From: Chrysomallon squamiferum
Lineage: Eukaryota > Animalia > Mollusca
DNA: 64,000 nt
Direction: 5' to 3'
NCBI GenBank assembly: GCA_012295275.1
Contig: CM022672.1
Coordinates: 24,304,001-24,368,000, forward strand
In this document: positions 53,901 to 64,000 of the stretch, one piece after another
Layout of the letters: each line of letters begins with the position of its first letter
Numbering within the stretch: the stretch's first letter is position 1
The notes under the pieces: model-generated
Told to the model about the DNA's origin: nothing
The model's database searches: none
Seen by the model: the letters and a program-made list of their open reading frames with translations, nothing else
Translations under genes and position numbers: made by a program

Positions 53901-56729
53901 CAATGAAAATTGATTATCAGATGATAGTTATATGACCAAAGAAAAATCTAAATTGTATATAAAAAAATACCACTTATTATTAATCATCTATTTTTATTTT
54001 TTTATTATTTATTTATTTATTTATTCAAATTTCACCTAAGAATTTATACCAAAAAACAAAAAAACAAAAACAAAAACAAACAAAACAAAAACAACAATAA
54101 GCAGTGTGATTTCTTCTTTCAGAAATACTGTCCATTTGTATATGTGATACTTACAGCAGTATCAACATATGCACATATAAGTATTGGTCTGTTTCAAGTT
54201 CACTGTGTACAAGTCTGATGATTAATGGCACCATATTGTTTATTGAAATTAGACCAGGAAGAAAATATATATGTGATTAACTTTGTCACAATGCCTTCCT
54301 TCATCAAGATGGCACATTTCCACTAATTAGTATATGTATTTGGATATTTTGTTATTTTAATAAAGCAAATATAAATTACATTCAGGTAATCATATTTTGT
54401 AACAAATAAGCTTCTAATGCTTTTTTATTCTCAGAAATGTTCATAAATATTTTATTAAATAGAAAAGATTTAAGTTCTTAAGACTCAAACCTATACAGTA
54501 TGAATGTTCTGTTACAACCATACATTAGTTCTAAATTATTAGAGAAAATATGAACAACATTTACTCAAATGGAAGCAAATTGAAATTGCTGAAGTGTCCA
54601 ACATTTTTTATTTTTTATTTTTTTTTAAATATAGCTACAAAATAATTGTTTGTACGTATATTTGTTAATACCTCTGGTAGTAGTAGGCATTATATATTAT
54701 CAGAAATTATATAATAACCTGGATTTAAAGTCAGTCAGATTAAAATGCAAGTAAAATTATATAAATCAATGACCAACATACCTTAAAACAAATCTCTATA
54801 TTCCGCCATAAAAAAAAGAAAAAAAAAAGTAAAATTACATATAATAATATAAAAATATCTTTTAATTGTTATTACTTTTTCTGTTTTTGACTTTTGAACT
54901 TGATTTGATTCATTCCTCATGTTTGCTGCCATGTCTACAACAGTCATTACTAGGAGTAGAAAACCTAATGAAAAAAGTATATGGATAAAGCAACAAGCAT
55001 ACACTGAAATAAACGTTATGGTTGCAGATCATCCTCATAATATTTGTCATATAATAGTTAACATAAGAGATGATGCTACAATGTAAACTGATTTTATACA
55101 AGCTGTCTCAATTATTATTTAACGTGTGTCATTCAGTTTTATTTTAGAATAATTCTATTATTCTCATTTTCAAACAAATTGAATGCAGTATGTCAATAAA
55201 GTAACTTTATCAGATCTGGTAAAACCATATATCAGAGATATTTATGAAATAATTTTATAAACCAATAGCATATTTTAAGTTACCTTTTTTTCCTCTCACT
55301 GATATTATATCGCCAGAAGACATTAGGTTGTCAACAATTAAACACAGACCAAATATATTTAAATTACTTTCGTGTAACACCTGAAAATAAACATCAGAAA
55401 GATAAATAAAAAAAACATTAATTTAACCTAAAACAAACCAAAAAGAAGAAGAATAAAACCAGAGAGAATGTACTGACACCTTATCTAAGATAACATATAT
55501 GCAATTGTTTCAGTTTGATAATTATAACATTTTAATTCCCATATAAAAAGAAAGCAAAGACAACTCTCCAATTAATTATATTCTAAAACTATGTATATAT
55601 GTTATTTAACATCCCTCTTGCAAGAAATGTGAATAATAAGGCTATTTTGCAGACACTAAAACCTTATTCAGATGGAGGTTCTTCTGCTTTTCTTTCCTGA
55701 CATTTAAAAAAAAATGCTATTGTTATCATTATTATTTTATTTTTATTTTATATTTTTATTTATAGTTTGATTATTATTATAGCTTTATTATTTTTTATTT
55801 TATTTTATTTATTTTTATTTTGTTTATGTCTGTACAAATGATTGATGGACCATGTACAATTGTTCTAAAGCATATAACATATACACATAATGCACAACTA
55901 GTGTCTCAGCTATACACTGTATAATATATGCAAAATAATGTCAGAAATATATTAATTTACCATGTAAATAAAAAAAAATAATAATAATAACAAAGAGTTA
56001 ACAAAATGGTTTTGGAATTAACATTCTGCTGCTTCATTTGATTTTCAAAGATAACATTAGGATTCTAATTCCAGACAGACAAATTCATTCAAACTAGTTA
56101 TCTACATGTTATACTGAAAAGATCTGGCATAGATCTCCTAAAAATTAGCATTTATAATTATAGGCTCATCCTAACATTTATTTTAGAACTAAAAACAAAG
56201 CTATACTTTAATTCAGATTAATTGTTTAGTTTTTAAAGTTATGTTTCTGCATTTATATGCTGGATTCAATAAAATATTATACTCCTTGGTCAGTTTTGTT
56301 TGATTTCTTGTTATTTCAAAGCAACAAAATATTTATTTAATGAACAGTTTTATTTTTTAATTACTGGAAATCTAATTAAGAGCTGCTAATCTTTCAGTTT
56401 TCTTACCTGTACTTTCAGAGAAACTGAAACACTTGTCTCAAATCTATTTGTGATAATTATTATTAAGTTGTGTGTGAAATTAAATTCTACAGGCCCTTCA
56501 GATAGCGTCAAAAAATTCACTGTACTTTTTTTACCATAATATAGCAGAATATCTGTAAAATAATATATTAACATAGAATTTATAATTATTTTTGGGGGGA
56601 TAATTTTATATCATATTTATTTTTACTGTTTTATTTCTATATATAATAAAACATTAAGATTTCCAGTTCTATTATATTTGTGTTTCAAACAGCAAAAATT
56701 GGCAAACTAGAATACTGTTTATTTAAAGA

Positions 56730-56771
<42 letters not shown>

Positions 56772-59700
56772 CCTAGCTATATCCTGTTTCAAAAACTTAT
56801 CATCTTTAAAAATTAAATATTAATTTCTCACTTTTGTCTAACTATGTTTTTAGTCATCCCAGATATTAAAATTGTAACATATCCTGAAATCCATATTTTA
56901 ATATTAACCCTTTGAACCCAAGCAGGTAAACATTTTAAACAGAATGAAAAATATGACATAATTATTAATAAACTGAGGATTTTAAACAGGTTTTTTAGAA
57001 ATCAGCTGATATTTAGGTAACATTTTAATTAGGTCTGGTAAGAAAAATTAGGATTAATGCCAATGCTGAGAGTTAACCTATATTTTTTTTTATTAAAGAT
57101 AAGAAAAAAGTAAGAGTGATGAATTTCATTATATTTATCATATGTCAGTTTTGTTTTATGAGTTAACTGTTTTCTTTCTTTGCTTTAAATTAAATATTAT
57201 GAACTAAGGAAATGTTTTAATAAACAATGCACCATTACATTTTATTTGTAGTTATGTAGCATTGGTATTATTACTAAGGACCACTCAGAGAGAGGAAACC
57301 TACTGCTCCCCCATCAAGGGCTATTCTTTATTAGCAGCAAGGGATCTTTTAAATACATCATCCCACAAAGTGGATGATTTATACAAAACACCCTTTCTTA
57401 GAGAAATCTGGTTAGAAAAAAATAAGTCAGTGGGATCATCAAGTGAGATCATTACAAAAACCTGCTGCATCTTCAGTGAATTCTCTACCTAAACATCTGA
57501 ATTAACAATACATACATAGAACATATATAATATTGTCACAATATGTAATTTTCACCCTGCAGTAAAATATTAGTTCTGAAAGTAGGAACAATAAATGTGA
57601 AAGGAAACTTTACAGTAAACAAAGTAATTTAATTAATAGTAATACCCAGTAAATAAAATTGTAAAACTTTCAAAACTTTTGTGAATTGTATGACCAATGA
57701 CATAACTTGTGGAAGCTACATATTAGCTTGTGACACCTTTTTATTATTTATTTTTGACACAATATAAACAATAATTCACCACAGAAATTTTCATTGTGCC
57801 ATCATTACATATCCCATTTCAATAATTTTAACTTTTTCTTCTTTGTTACAGTTATGTAATCTAGAAACTAGTACATCTTGGAAATAACACATGGAAAAAA
57901 GTGTTTAAAACACTGACATTCATTTTGTATGTCATATCATACATCCATATGTTCCTGGAATGTTAGTCTACTTTATAAAAAAAGTAATTTCATTTGAACA
58001 TAGCTTGAAAGCAAATGAAAAAAGAAGTAGTTAGATTTGTTCAAAAATATTTTTCACTGATGAGAATAGTTTTACACTATATAAAATTTTCATATGAATA
58101 TAAACTGTATATCTATGTTAAAAAGAAAACCACTGATATGTCTTCAAAAAATGATTTATAATATTAACATGTAATAAAATGGTTAGCTAAAGAACAAATT
58201 CTTATTCATTTTCAATGGTCCAAAATATAAAACAATTATAATACCTTGTTTGTCTTTTCTTTCAATTTTGATTTTATATGTAAGAGGCAGATAGTCATTC
58301 AGATATCCATCACAGAAAACAGAAAAATAAGAGAATAGAGCAAAGCCTGATGTAGGTGATACAAAACAAGAACCACCTCTTGGTGGTGAATCAGTCTTAA
58401 ATTCATATATACAAGTTGCCACATTGCCATTCTCAGCATAACCTAAAATCACAAGGAAAAATATATTCTTAATTTTTAACAAAGAAAATTGTTAAAAATC
58501 ATAAAATACTGAATGTCCATAGAAATATCAACAGCTTAAAAGGATTAACTGCTTAGAAATTATTTAACATAATTTTTGCATCTGAAACAGTAGCTATCAA
58601 ATGTTTTTAATTTTATTATTTTACTGAGCACTGTATTCCAAGTGCACTAACCTCAAAACTGACATCAGAGTAGGTTTACCTCTATTTTGCTTTGACTCAA
58701 ACATCGAATTCTTTCAATAGGTGTAAAAAAATAGAATGAACAATTTCTTGTGGGATAATTTTCAAATAACTTCAATTGCAAGTAAATTAAAATAAACAAG
58801 TGTAGAAATTCTCATTCCCAAATGTCATTGATATATAAAGAATAGTATAATAATACAACACTTGTCAGTTATGAAACTGACACTTGAAAACAAGCATAAA
58901 TTAGACTCTTGAGTGAGAGATAAAAGTTTCACAAATAATTATTTTATCTATTACTTTCTACATGTAACGGAATATGTATAATTAAATATTAATCAAAACA
59001 CTAAATAACAAAAAATAGTATTTCTATTTAAGTAAACAAGTCTCATCAAATGACAGATGGGAAATGAAAATCAGAGATTGGTTATAACAGATTTTGTACC
59101 TCTGAACTGTTCTGCAATTAGAATGGAGTATTCTCTCCAAGTCATGGTAGATTAATATATCATGCTATGTATTCCAAATAACCAAACAATATTAAAGGAA
59201 TTCAGCTATTAGTTTGATCACAGAATACAGGAAGAAATATTAAGATAAATCTGTCTCAATTTAAATACTTATGAAACAGAGACAAAAGATATAATGGACA
59301 ACAAGATGAGTGTAAAATACATAAAGGCAATTAGCAATAACAAAAATATACATATTTTTGAAATTCTCACCAAAGACTTTAAATGCATATTCTGTTGACA
59401 TATTGAGAGCTCCTTCTCTCAGTATCATTTTTTTCTCCATATTCAGTGTTATTGTCATAGGTCCCCAAACTTCAAATGGTATTACACCAAACTTTTTACT
59501 TGACAGTTTCCAAATTTGAGTTTTCAGGTAATGTGTACCTGGTGAACAATCTACACATTCTATTTCCAATTCCAAACGTTCCTTTGGTAGTACCACCTGC
59601 CTGCAATTCTTGATACATCTAACAATGAAATTAAAGGAAAAAATATTAATACTGAAAATTATATCTTAAACTTTTTTTCTTTTTTTTTTAATTTTCCATA

Positions 59701-62700
59701 TAATCATTCTTCAAATTAACGATACAACATAACCTTACTGAAATAGATTTAATCTAAAAAGTCTTCCATTTAACTTTTTCTGCATATGAACGTGTAATTA
59801 TATAATACCTTTAAAGTGTAAAGCATGAGTAAATTGCATAATATTGCTCTTTGTTTTACAATCATCACTTTTCATGCTTTCATTTAGAAACACTTTATTA
59901 AACAAGTGGCTAAAGGAGAGCAGTATCTTTAGAGTTTGGTATAATAATCATTAAAAAAAACAATAAACATATTGCAATAGTTTTAATGATAGTTCAAAAA
60001 AGAAAATCCCCATCTTCTTTCTGTTAAATTTTCAAAAAGGTGTGACTGAACAAACATAAACTTTTACATATTTAATGAAATATATTTCAGACCAAATAAC
60101 ATTTGATCTATCTTCTCTTAACTGAAATTGTTTATATATTCTATAATGTAGTAATCCATTTTCTATGATATAGTAATTCTGTTTTAACTTATGCAAAAGT
60201 GCATGTTAATTTGTTGCAATATTATACCTATAGTATGAAAAACAAATGTGTAAAATAATTTCAAAAATTATTTCAAAAATTACCTCATCTTCAGCTGAGG
60301 AGTGGATGAATCATCAACAAATACATTAATAGTGATATTAGCACCAGGCACATTAGGTTTGCTGATGAAAACACTCATGATGTATGTCTCATTGATAGAC
60401 AAGTAATACGGTGGTATCTTCAGGATTGATTCTATTAATGACAACAGAATAATATTAAATTTCAGTTTACCTATTTATGTATTAAAAGAAAATATTTCCT
60501 GTCATTATCTATTAACATGCAATGCATTCATATTAAAAGTAATTATCATTTGTTCGCATATCATTTATGTGATTTCTAATAATGCTATGAAAAATATTTT
60601 GAAATCTTTAGTTTTTAACATTTAAAAATATAAAAATTAATAGACATGTTAATTTTTAAAATATGCTATACTCATTATAGGTAAATAAATAAATTATTAA
60701 CTAAATACCTGTCTCTTTGAGCAAATATTTTTTCTGAGGAACAAAAGCACTCCATAATTTCTTCACAAAATCACAAGTAGCATTGGTGCTTTTAATTTTA
60801 CAAAACCATTCAAAGCTGTAAACAAAAGAAATCATAACAAAAATTAATATAGAGATACTTGAATTTTTCAACAATTTTAAAACAATTACTTAAACTCTAT
60901 TTATAATTAAATGACCATTGTGGATTAATTTAAATTGCATATGAAGAAATAAGATGAAATTGTATACCTTTAGGTCAGTTAAGGAATTATAAAACAATAT
61001 CTCTTACAGGACATGAATTCTCTCTCTACTCATATCCACACACATACATATACACAATACATACACTATGACATTAATTCAGAGAACTAAACTATAAAAA
61101 CAAACAGTCTTTAATACTGTTTTATTTTTGTTATATTTAAATTATTATCTTTAAGTTAATTACTTAGATAAAGAATTCTGCCAAATATATATGAATAATT
61201 GCTGATGTAATCAACTGACAATTATTCTACAAAGTTACAAAAACAAATAATTTATAACATTTCACATTATTTGGTGTAATTTAGAAGAGGAGTAGTGCAT
61301 CACAAAGTATAACAAAATGAAAATATTTATTTGTATTTTTTTCAGATTATTGTGTTCAATACATGATCAATATACTATCAGTTTATATATATAATCATCA
61401 ATACATTTTAATTAAAAATCTGAAAACAAAACAATTAGAATCACAGAACTGTATCATTTTCCTGGAGAATTATATATCTATAGAATAACTACTCACCTGA
61501 TGTTTGAATGGGTATGCTGATTTGGATCTATGCTTGCTGAAGCATTTATTTTCAGTTCTTTATTGTTTGGAATTGAACGGAATGTCGTTGAATGTTCTAA
61601 AACTATTTTCAAAGGCTTAACAAACACATTAAAAAATCCCTGAAGAGATGAATAAGAAGATAATGCAGAATAATTTAATTATTAATAAAGGTCCAAAAAC
61701 AATTATTTCATTTTATAATATGTAAATATATTATACTTTTATTAAAGTTTTTGCTAACAGTTAGTAGTCATAAGGTATGAAATATGATTAAGAAAATTAT
61801 TTGCTGTAACTCCTGTGGAATTTTAAACAAATATTGTTAAGGCTACAGTTTTATTTTGTATAATTAATACCATATTTGATACATCATAGACCCATTAAAA
61901 TACATAAATACAATAGGACAAATGGAATAAAGAATAATGGACTGAATATAATTCTGTGATAAAGTAATTAAAAAATAAAATGCAGCATGCAAACTGTAAT
62001 AATAAGTGTTAAATAAAAATGACTAAATACATCTAGAACTATACCTCACTGGTCCACAAAATATAAACTTGTAAAATAATTATTTCATTTCCAAATATCT
62101 TCTTCTTGCAGTGCAATTATTTTATATCTGGGACTTTGTTTCCCAAGAGTTTGCAGAGCATACCATATTCAAAATTTAATTCTACTTAATATAAATATAT
62201 ATATACATATTTTTATTAATTTTTTTTTTTTTAAATGAGGTAAAACACATTATTTCTAGCACTTCATCAGAAAAAAGTGTCATTTATTTACTGCTAACTT
62301 AAAATTATTTTCAGGACAGTTAGTTTCTACACATCCCATAGAATATAAAACATCTTGTTGATTTTCATTTTTATTCTTCCAACTTTTATTATCTTTCTCT
62401 TTTATAAGTTTGTCTGTCTACTTAATTTTAGAGCGTTTTGAACTAGGAAAAAGTAATTCTTTTACAACTGATTAAATTTAAAAAGTACTGGATTACATTT
62501 AAGAATAAAATTACATTCAAAGCTAATGTACTTAAATTTCTGAGAACTAAGACTTTCAAATAAAATATTTTTATGAGACCATTTGTTGGAGAGATGTTAG
62601 GATAGAGCTAATAGTCTACTATTATTTAAGTAATAATAACTGTCAATAATTTTTAAAATTCATCACTTTCATGATTCTATTTTATTCTATTTATTATATA

Positions 62701-63993
62701 CCAGGACATATTTTGATATTTCAAAATATCAAAGATAAATTATTGGATAAAATATATAGTATTTAATTTATCAAATGTTTTGAAAATCTTTTTAAAAATC
62801 TTTAACAAATGTTTTTAAAAAAATTTTAAATTAAAAATTAAAAATAATTTATGAAGGCAAAATGCTAATCTGTCACAATTTTATTTTGTTTTGTTTTGTT
62901 TCCTGGGGGCTGAATAGAATATGTTGTTCTTGTAATTAGTATTTTAGTACTTTCCTAAAAATAATATCAGTGTTTAAAAACTAATCCTAATATTCATATA
63001 TAGTCCTGTAATCATATGTCTGAAGTGAATTTAAAATAAATATTGTTTTCATTATATTATTAACGACAGAAAAAATTCCCAAAATCAGTATTTTGTACAA
63101 AGTATATTATAAAACAAAGAAACAAACAAATAAATAAATATTAGAAATTCATCAGAAAAATATTAAAACTCAAATTCAGTTCTTAATTTAAAAACAAAAT
63201 CCTTTTTAAATATACTGTTTTATCATTTTATTTTTTCCCTGAATTATGAAATAATGATATATTTTATTGTAACTATAATAAAGGACTAATTTATTAAATA
63301 AATAAATAAATATTCTTACACAGCTTTCTTTGACATAGGTTTTTCCCATTTGAGTACCATTAATACGGAGACAAACTCGTTTAATGCCTTTTGACATTAT
63401 TTTCATATCAACAGTTATCTGTCCTTTGGTGTTTTTCTTGGAAGATATATTTAATGGATCAAAATCAGCATCAGAGTAGCAACGGTCAGAATTGTTAAAT
63501 TTAAAGGAACTGAATGTCCATTCATACTGCATAATTTTAAAATTCCCTGCTGTATTCAACACATTATTGCAGCTGCCTGAAATAGACACTTGAAATGTCC
63601 TTACAAGTCCTTGTGAGTATGGATATGCTAACTGCAATTTACTTGATGCACCACCAATGTGTAGAGATGACAAACATTTCATAGTATCTTGATCATGGTA
63701 AGCAACTGTGAACTCCAATGGATGACTTGAAATCTCTTTTCCTTTAGTCATATATCCAACTGTTGCTTTAAATTTACCTCCTGTGTTTGTTTTATAAGAT
63801 ATAGTTGCACATAACTGATCTTTTGTACTTGATTTAATTTCATGAAACTCAGGAATGCAAGAATAATCCTTTGTGATGTTCACATAATAAACATACTGTT
63901 TACTGGGCTTTTCAATAATTGCTTTAAATACAAAATTTTCATCTACAGTAACATTGTTTTTGTCTACCAAAATCCACATATTGTTTTGTTTGT
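37839..63993 (-). CDS. Polycystin-1-like gene B, 5'-truncated by the window edge, 23 exons (~2010 aa visible)
   Basis: 23 GT-AG exons, phase-consistent and collinear with gene A exons 17-39. Motifs: INASASIDPN, PPRGGSC, CSYW..W..GC..CQCRHLSAF, PLAT, GRACLRQ, YPGGGY, channel TMs. Confidence 0.92.
40389..40533 (-). CDS. Gene B exon (=A38): TOP domain
   Basis: MWNYLN..FLVGRACLRQIR; 145 nt as in A. Confidence 0.9.
40945..41246 (-). CDS. Gene B exon (=A37)
   Basis: YVPP..LKEIIMYFVFVVIVLL. Confidence 0.88.
41810..42066 (-). CDS. Gene B exon (=A36): TM4-TM5
   Basis: YGLKYG..AWIISF..EPVKV; 257 nt as in A. Confidence 0.9.
42436..42981 (-). CDS. Gene B exon (=A35): PLAT end, TM2-TM3
   Basis: HIWISIF..FTHIQRLTC. 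Confidence 0.9.
43486..43766 (-). CDS. Gene B exon (=A34): PLAT domain
   Basis: YLICVVTGWWKHAGTSSRV..WHDNSGPKPSW. Confidence 0.92.
44069..44299 (-). CDS. Gene B exon (=A33): GPS and TM1
   Basis: HCQCRHL/SAFSGGIFVAPN. Confidence 0.92.
44651..44773 (-). CDS. Gene B exon (=A32): GPS N-half
   Basis: CSYWNLTEKEWKKDGCQ. Confidence 0.88.
44863..45032. repeat. Short copy of the 46221-47263 element lacking its interior
   Basis: Shared segments taatacagattatttg..aatgccaggaaaatacagctagttgt..tgggcaatggcc.aaggga and ctgtaaata..taatgttatcatttg..tctggg. Confidence 0.65.
46221..47263. repeat. GC-richer intronic repeat of unknown family, with a short related copy at 44863-45032
   Basis: Ends 46221-46320 and ~47207-47263 align to the two halves of 44863-45032. 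Confidence 0.6.
47418..47475. repeat. (AAT)n/(AAC)n microsatellite
   Basis: Seen directly. Confidence 0.85.
47527..47879 (-). CDS. Gene B exon (=A31)
   Basis: SLHISIP..KVQILRI..QDPNLLFL. Confidence 0.83.
49037..49190 (-). CDS. Gene B exon (=A30)
   Basis: NPYLFS..NLTEAVDIFI. Confidence 0.82.
49844..50113 (-). CDS. Gene B exon (=A29)
   Basis: ISSSLLNG..FAIP. Confidence 0.8.
50451..50541 (-). CDS. Gene B exon (=A28)
   Basis: LQFSLMDKIFELFF..RDT; phases fit. Confidence 0.68.
51666..51698. repeat. (CA)n microsatellite
   Basis: Seen directly. Confidence 0.85.
52087..52178 (-). CDS. Gene B exon (=A27)
   Basis: NKIITIVTNLVSSL..KLAR. Confidence 0.77.
53727..53852 (-). CDS. Gene B exon (=A26)
   Basis: MLLQLMDCL..EQVTNIISDIV; 126 nt as in A. 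Confidence 0.8.
54876..54964 (-). CDS. Gene B exon (=A25)
   Basis: GFLLLVMTVVDM..TEK. Confidence 0.78.
55284..55380 (-). CDS. Gene B exon (=A24)
   Basis: VLHESNLNIFGLCLIVDNL; AG/GT boundaries, phases fit. Confidence 0.72.
56407..56552 (-). CDS. Gene B exon (=A23): REJ
   Basis: LLYYG..LSEGP; 146 nt as in A. Confidence 0.86.
56729..56771. repeat. (AAT)n microsatellite
   Basis: Seen directly. Confidence 0.88.
57262..57492 (-). mobile_element. Degraded tRNA-derived SINE (MetaSINE-like)
   Basis: aaggaccac..gagagaggaaacc..gggcta..attagcagcaagggatctttta..catcccac resembles the central domain of the common molluscan SINE. Recognised from memory, not searched. Confidence 0.65.
58245..58442 (-). 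CDS. Gene B exon (=A22): REJ
   Basis: SPPRGGSCFVSPTSG..PLTY. Confidence 0.87.
59371..59618 (-). CDS. Gene B exon (=A21): REJ
   Basis: CIKNC..IECVDC..WKL..WGP. Confidence 0.86.
60284..60431 (-). CDS. Gene B exon (=A20): REJ
   Basis: ILKIPPYYLSINETY..ISK..PQLKMR. Confidence 0.83.
60709..60815 (-). CDS. Gene B exon (=A19): REJ
   Basis: FEWFCKIKSTNATC. Confidence 0.82.
61497..61639 (-). CDS. Gene B exon (=A18): REJ
   Basis: LKINASASIDPN; 143 nt as in A. Confidence 0.87.
63320..63993 (-). CDS. Gene B exon (=A17): Ig/PKD-like plus REJ start
   Basis: 674-nt open exon with a ttccag acceptor at the window end; homologous to A exon 17. Confidence 0.87.
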
Positions 63994-64000
63994 CTGGAAA

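Noticed and set aside
62770-62850. Degenerate ~12-bp A/T periodic repeat
   Set aside because: Low-complexity and not distinguishable from background.
1-64000. Prokaryotic systems (CRISPR, operons, defence islands), rRNA and tRNA genes
   Set aside because: The sequence is spliceosomal-intron eukaryotic DNA, and I saw no repeat-spacer arrays or structured RNA genes.

Overview
Very AT-rich, intron-rich metazoan DNA, probably a mollusc (inferred from a degraded SINE resembling the molluscan MetaSINE type). The window holds two head-to-tail, minus-strand paralogues of the polycystin-1 (PKD1-like/REJ) family. Gene A (34226..9512) is complete: I traced 39 coding exons by hand, 8907 nt, about 2968 aa. 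Its layout is signal peptide-[F5/8C-EGF-CTL]x2-F5/8C-Cys linker-EGF-Ig/REJ-GAIN/GPS-TM-PLAT-TMs-TOP-PKD channel-short tail. Gene B (>63993..37839) shows its last 23 exons, with intron positions and phases matching gene A exons 17-39. Gene A has one GC-AG intron and one apparent TT-AG intron whose donor otherwise matches U1 perfectly. An internally deleted Tigger/pogo element lies between the genes, and there are several degraded repeats. The first ~9 kb has no confidently identified gene. Domain names come from motif recognition, not database searches.
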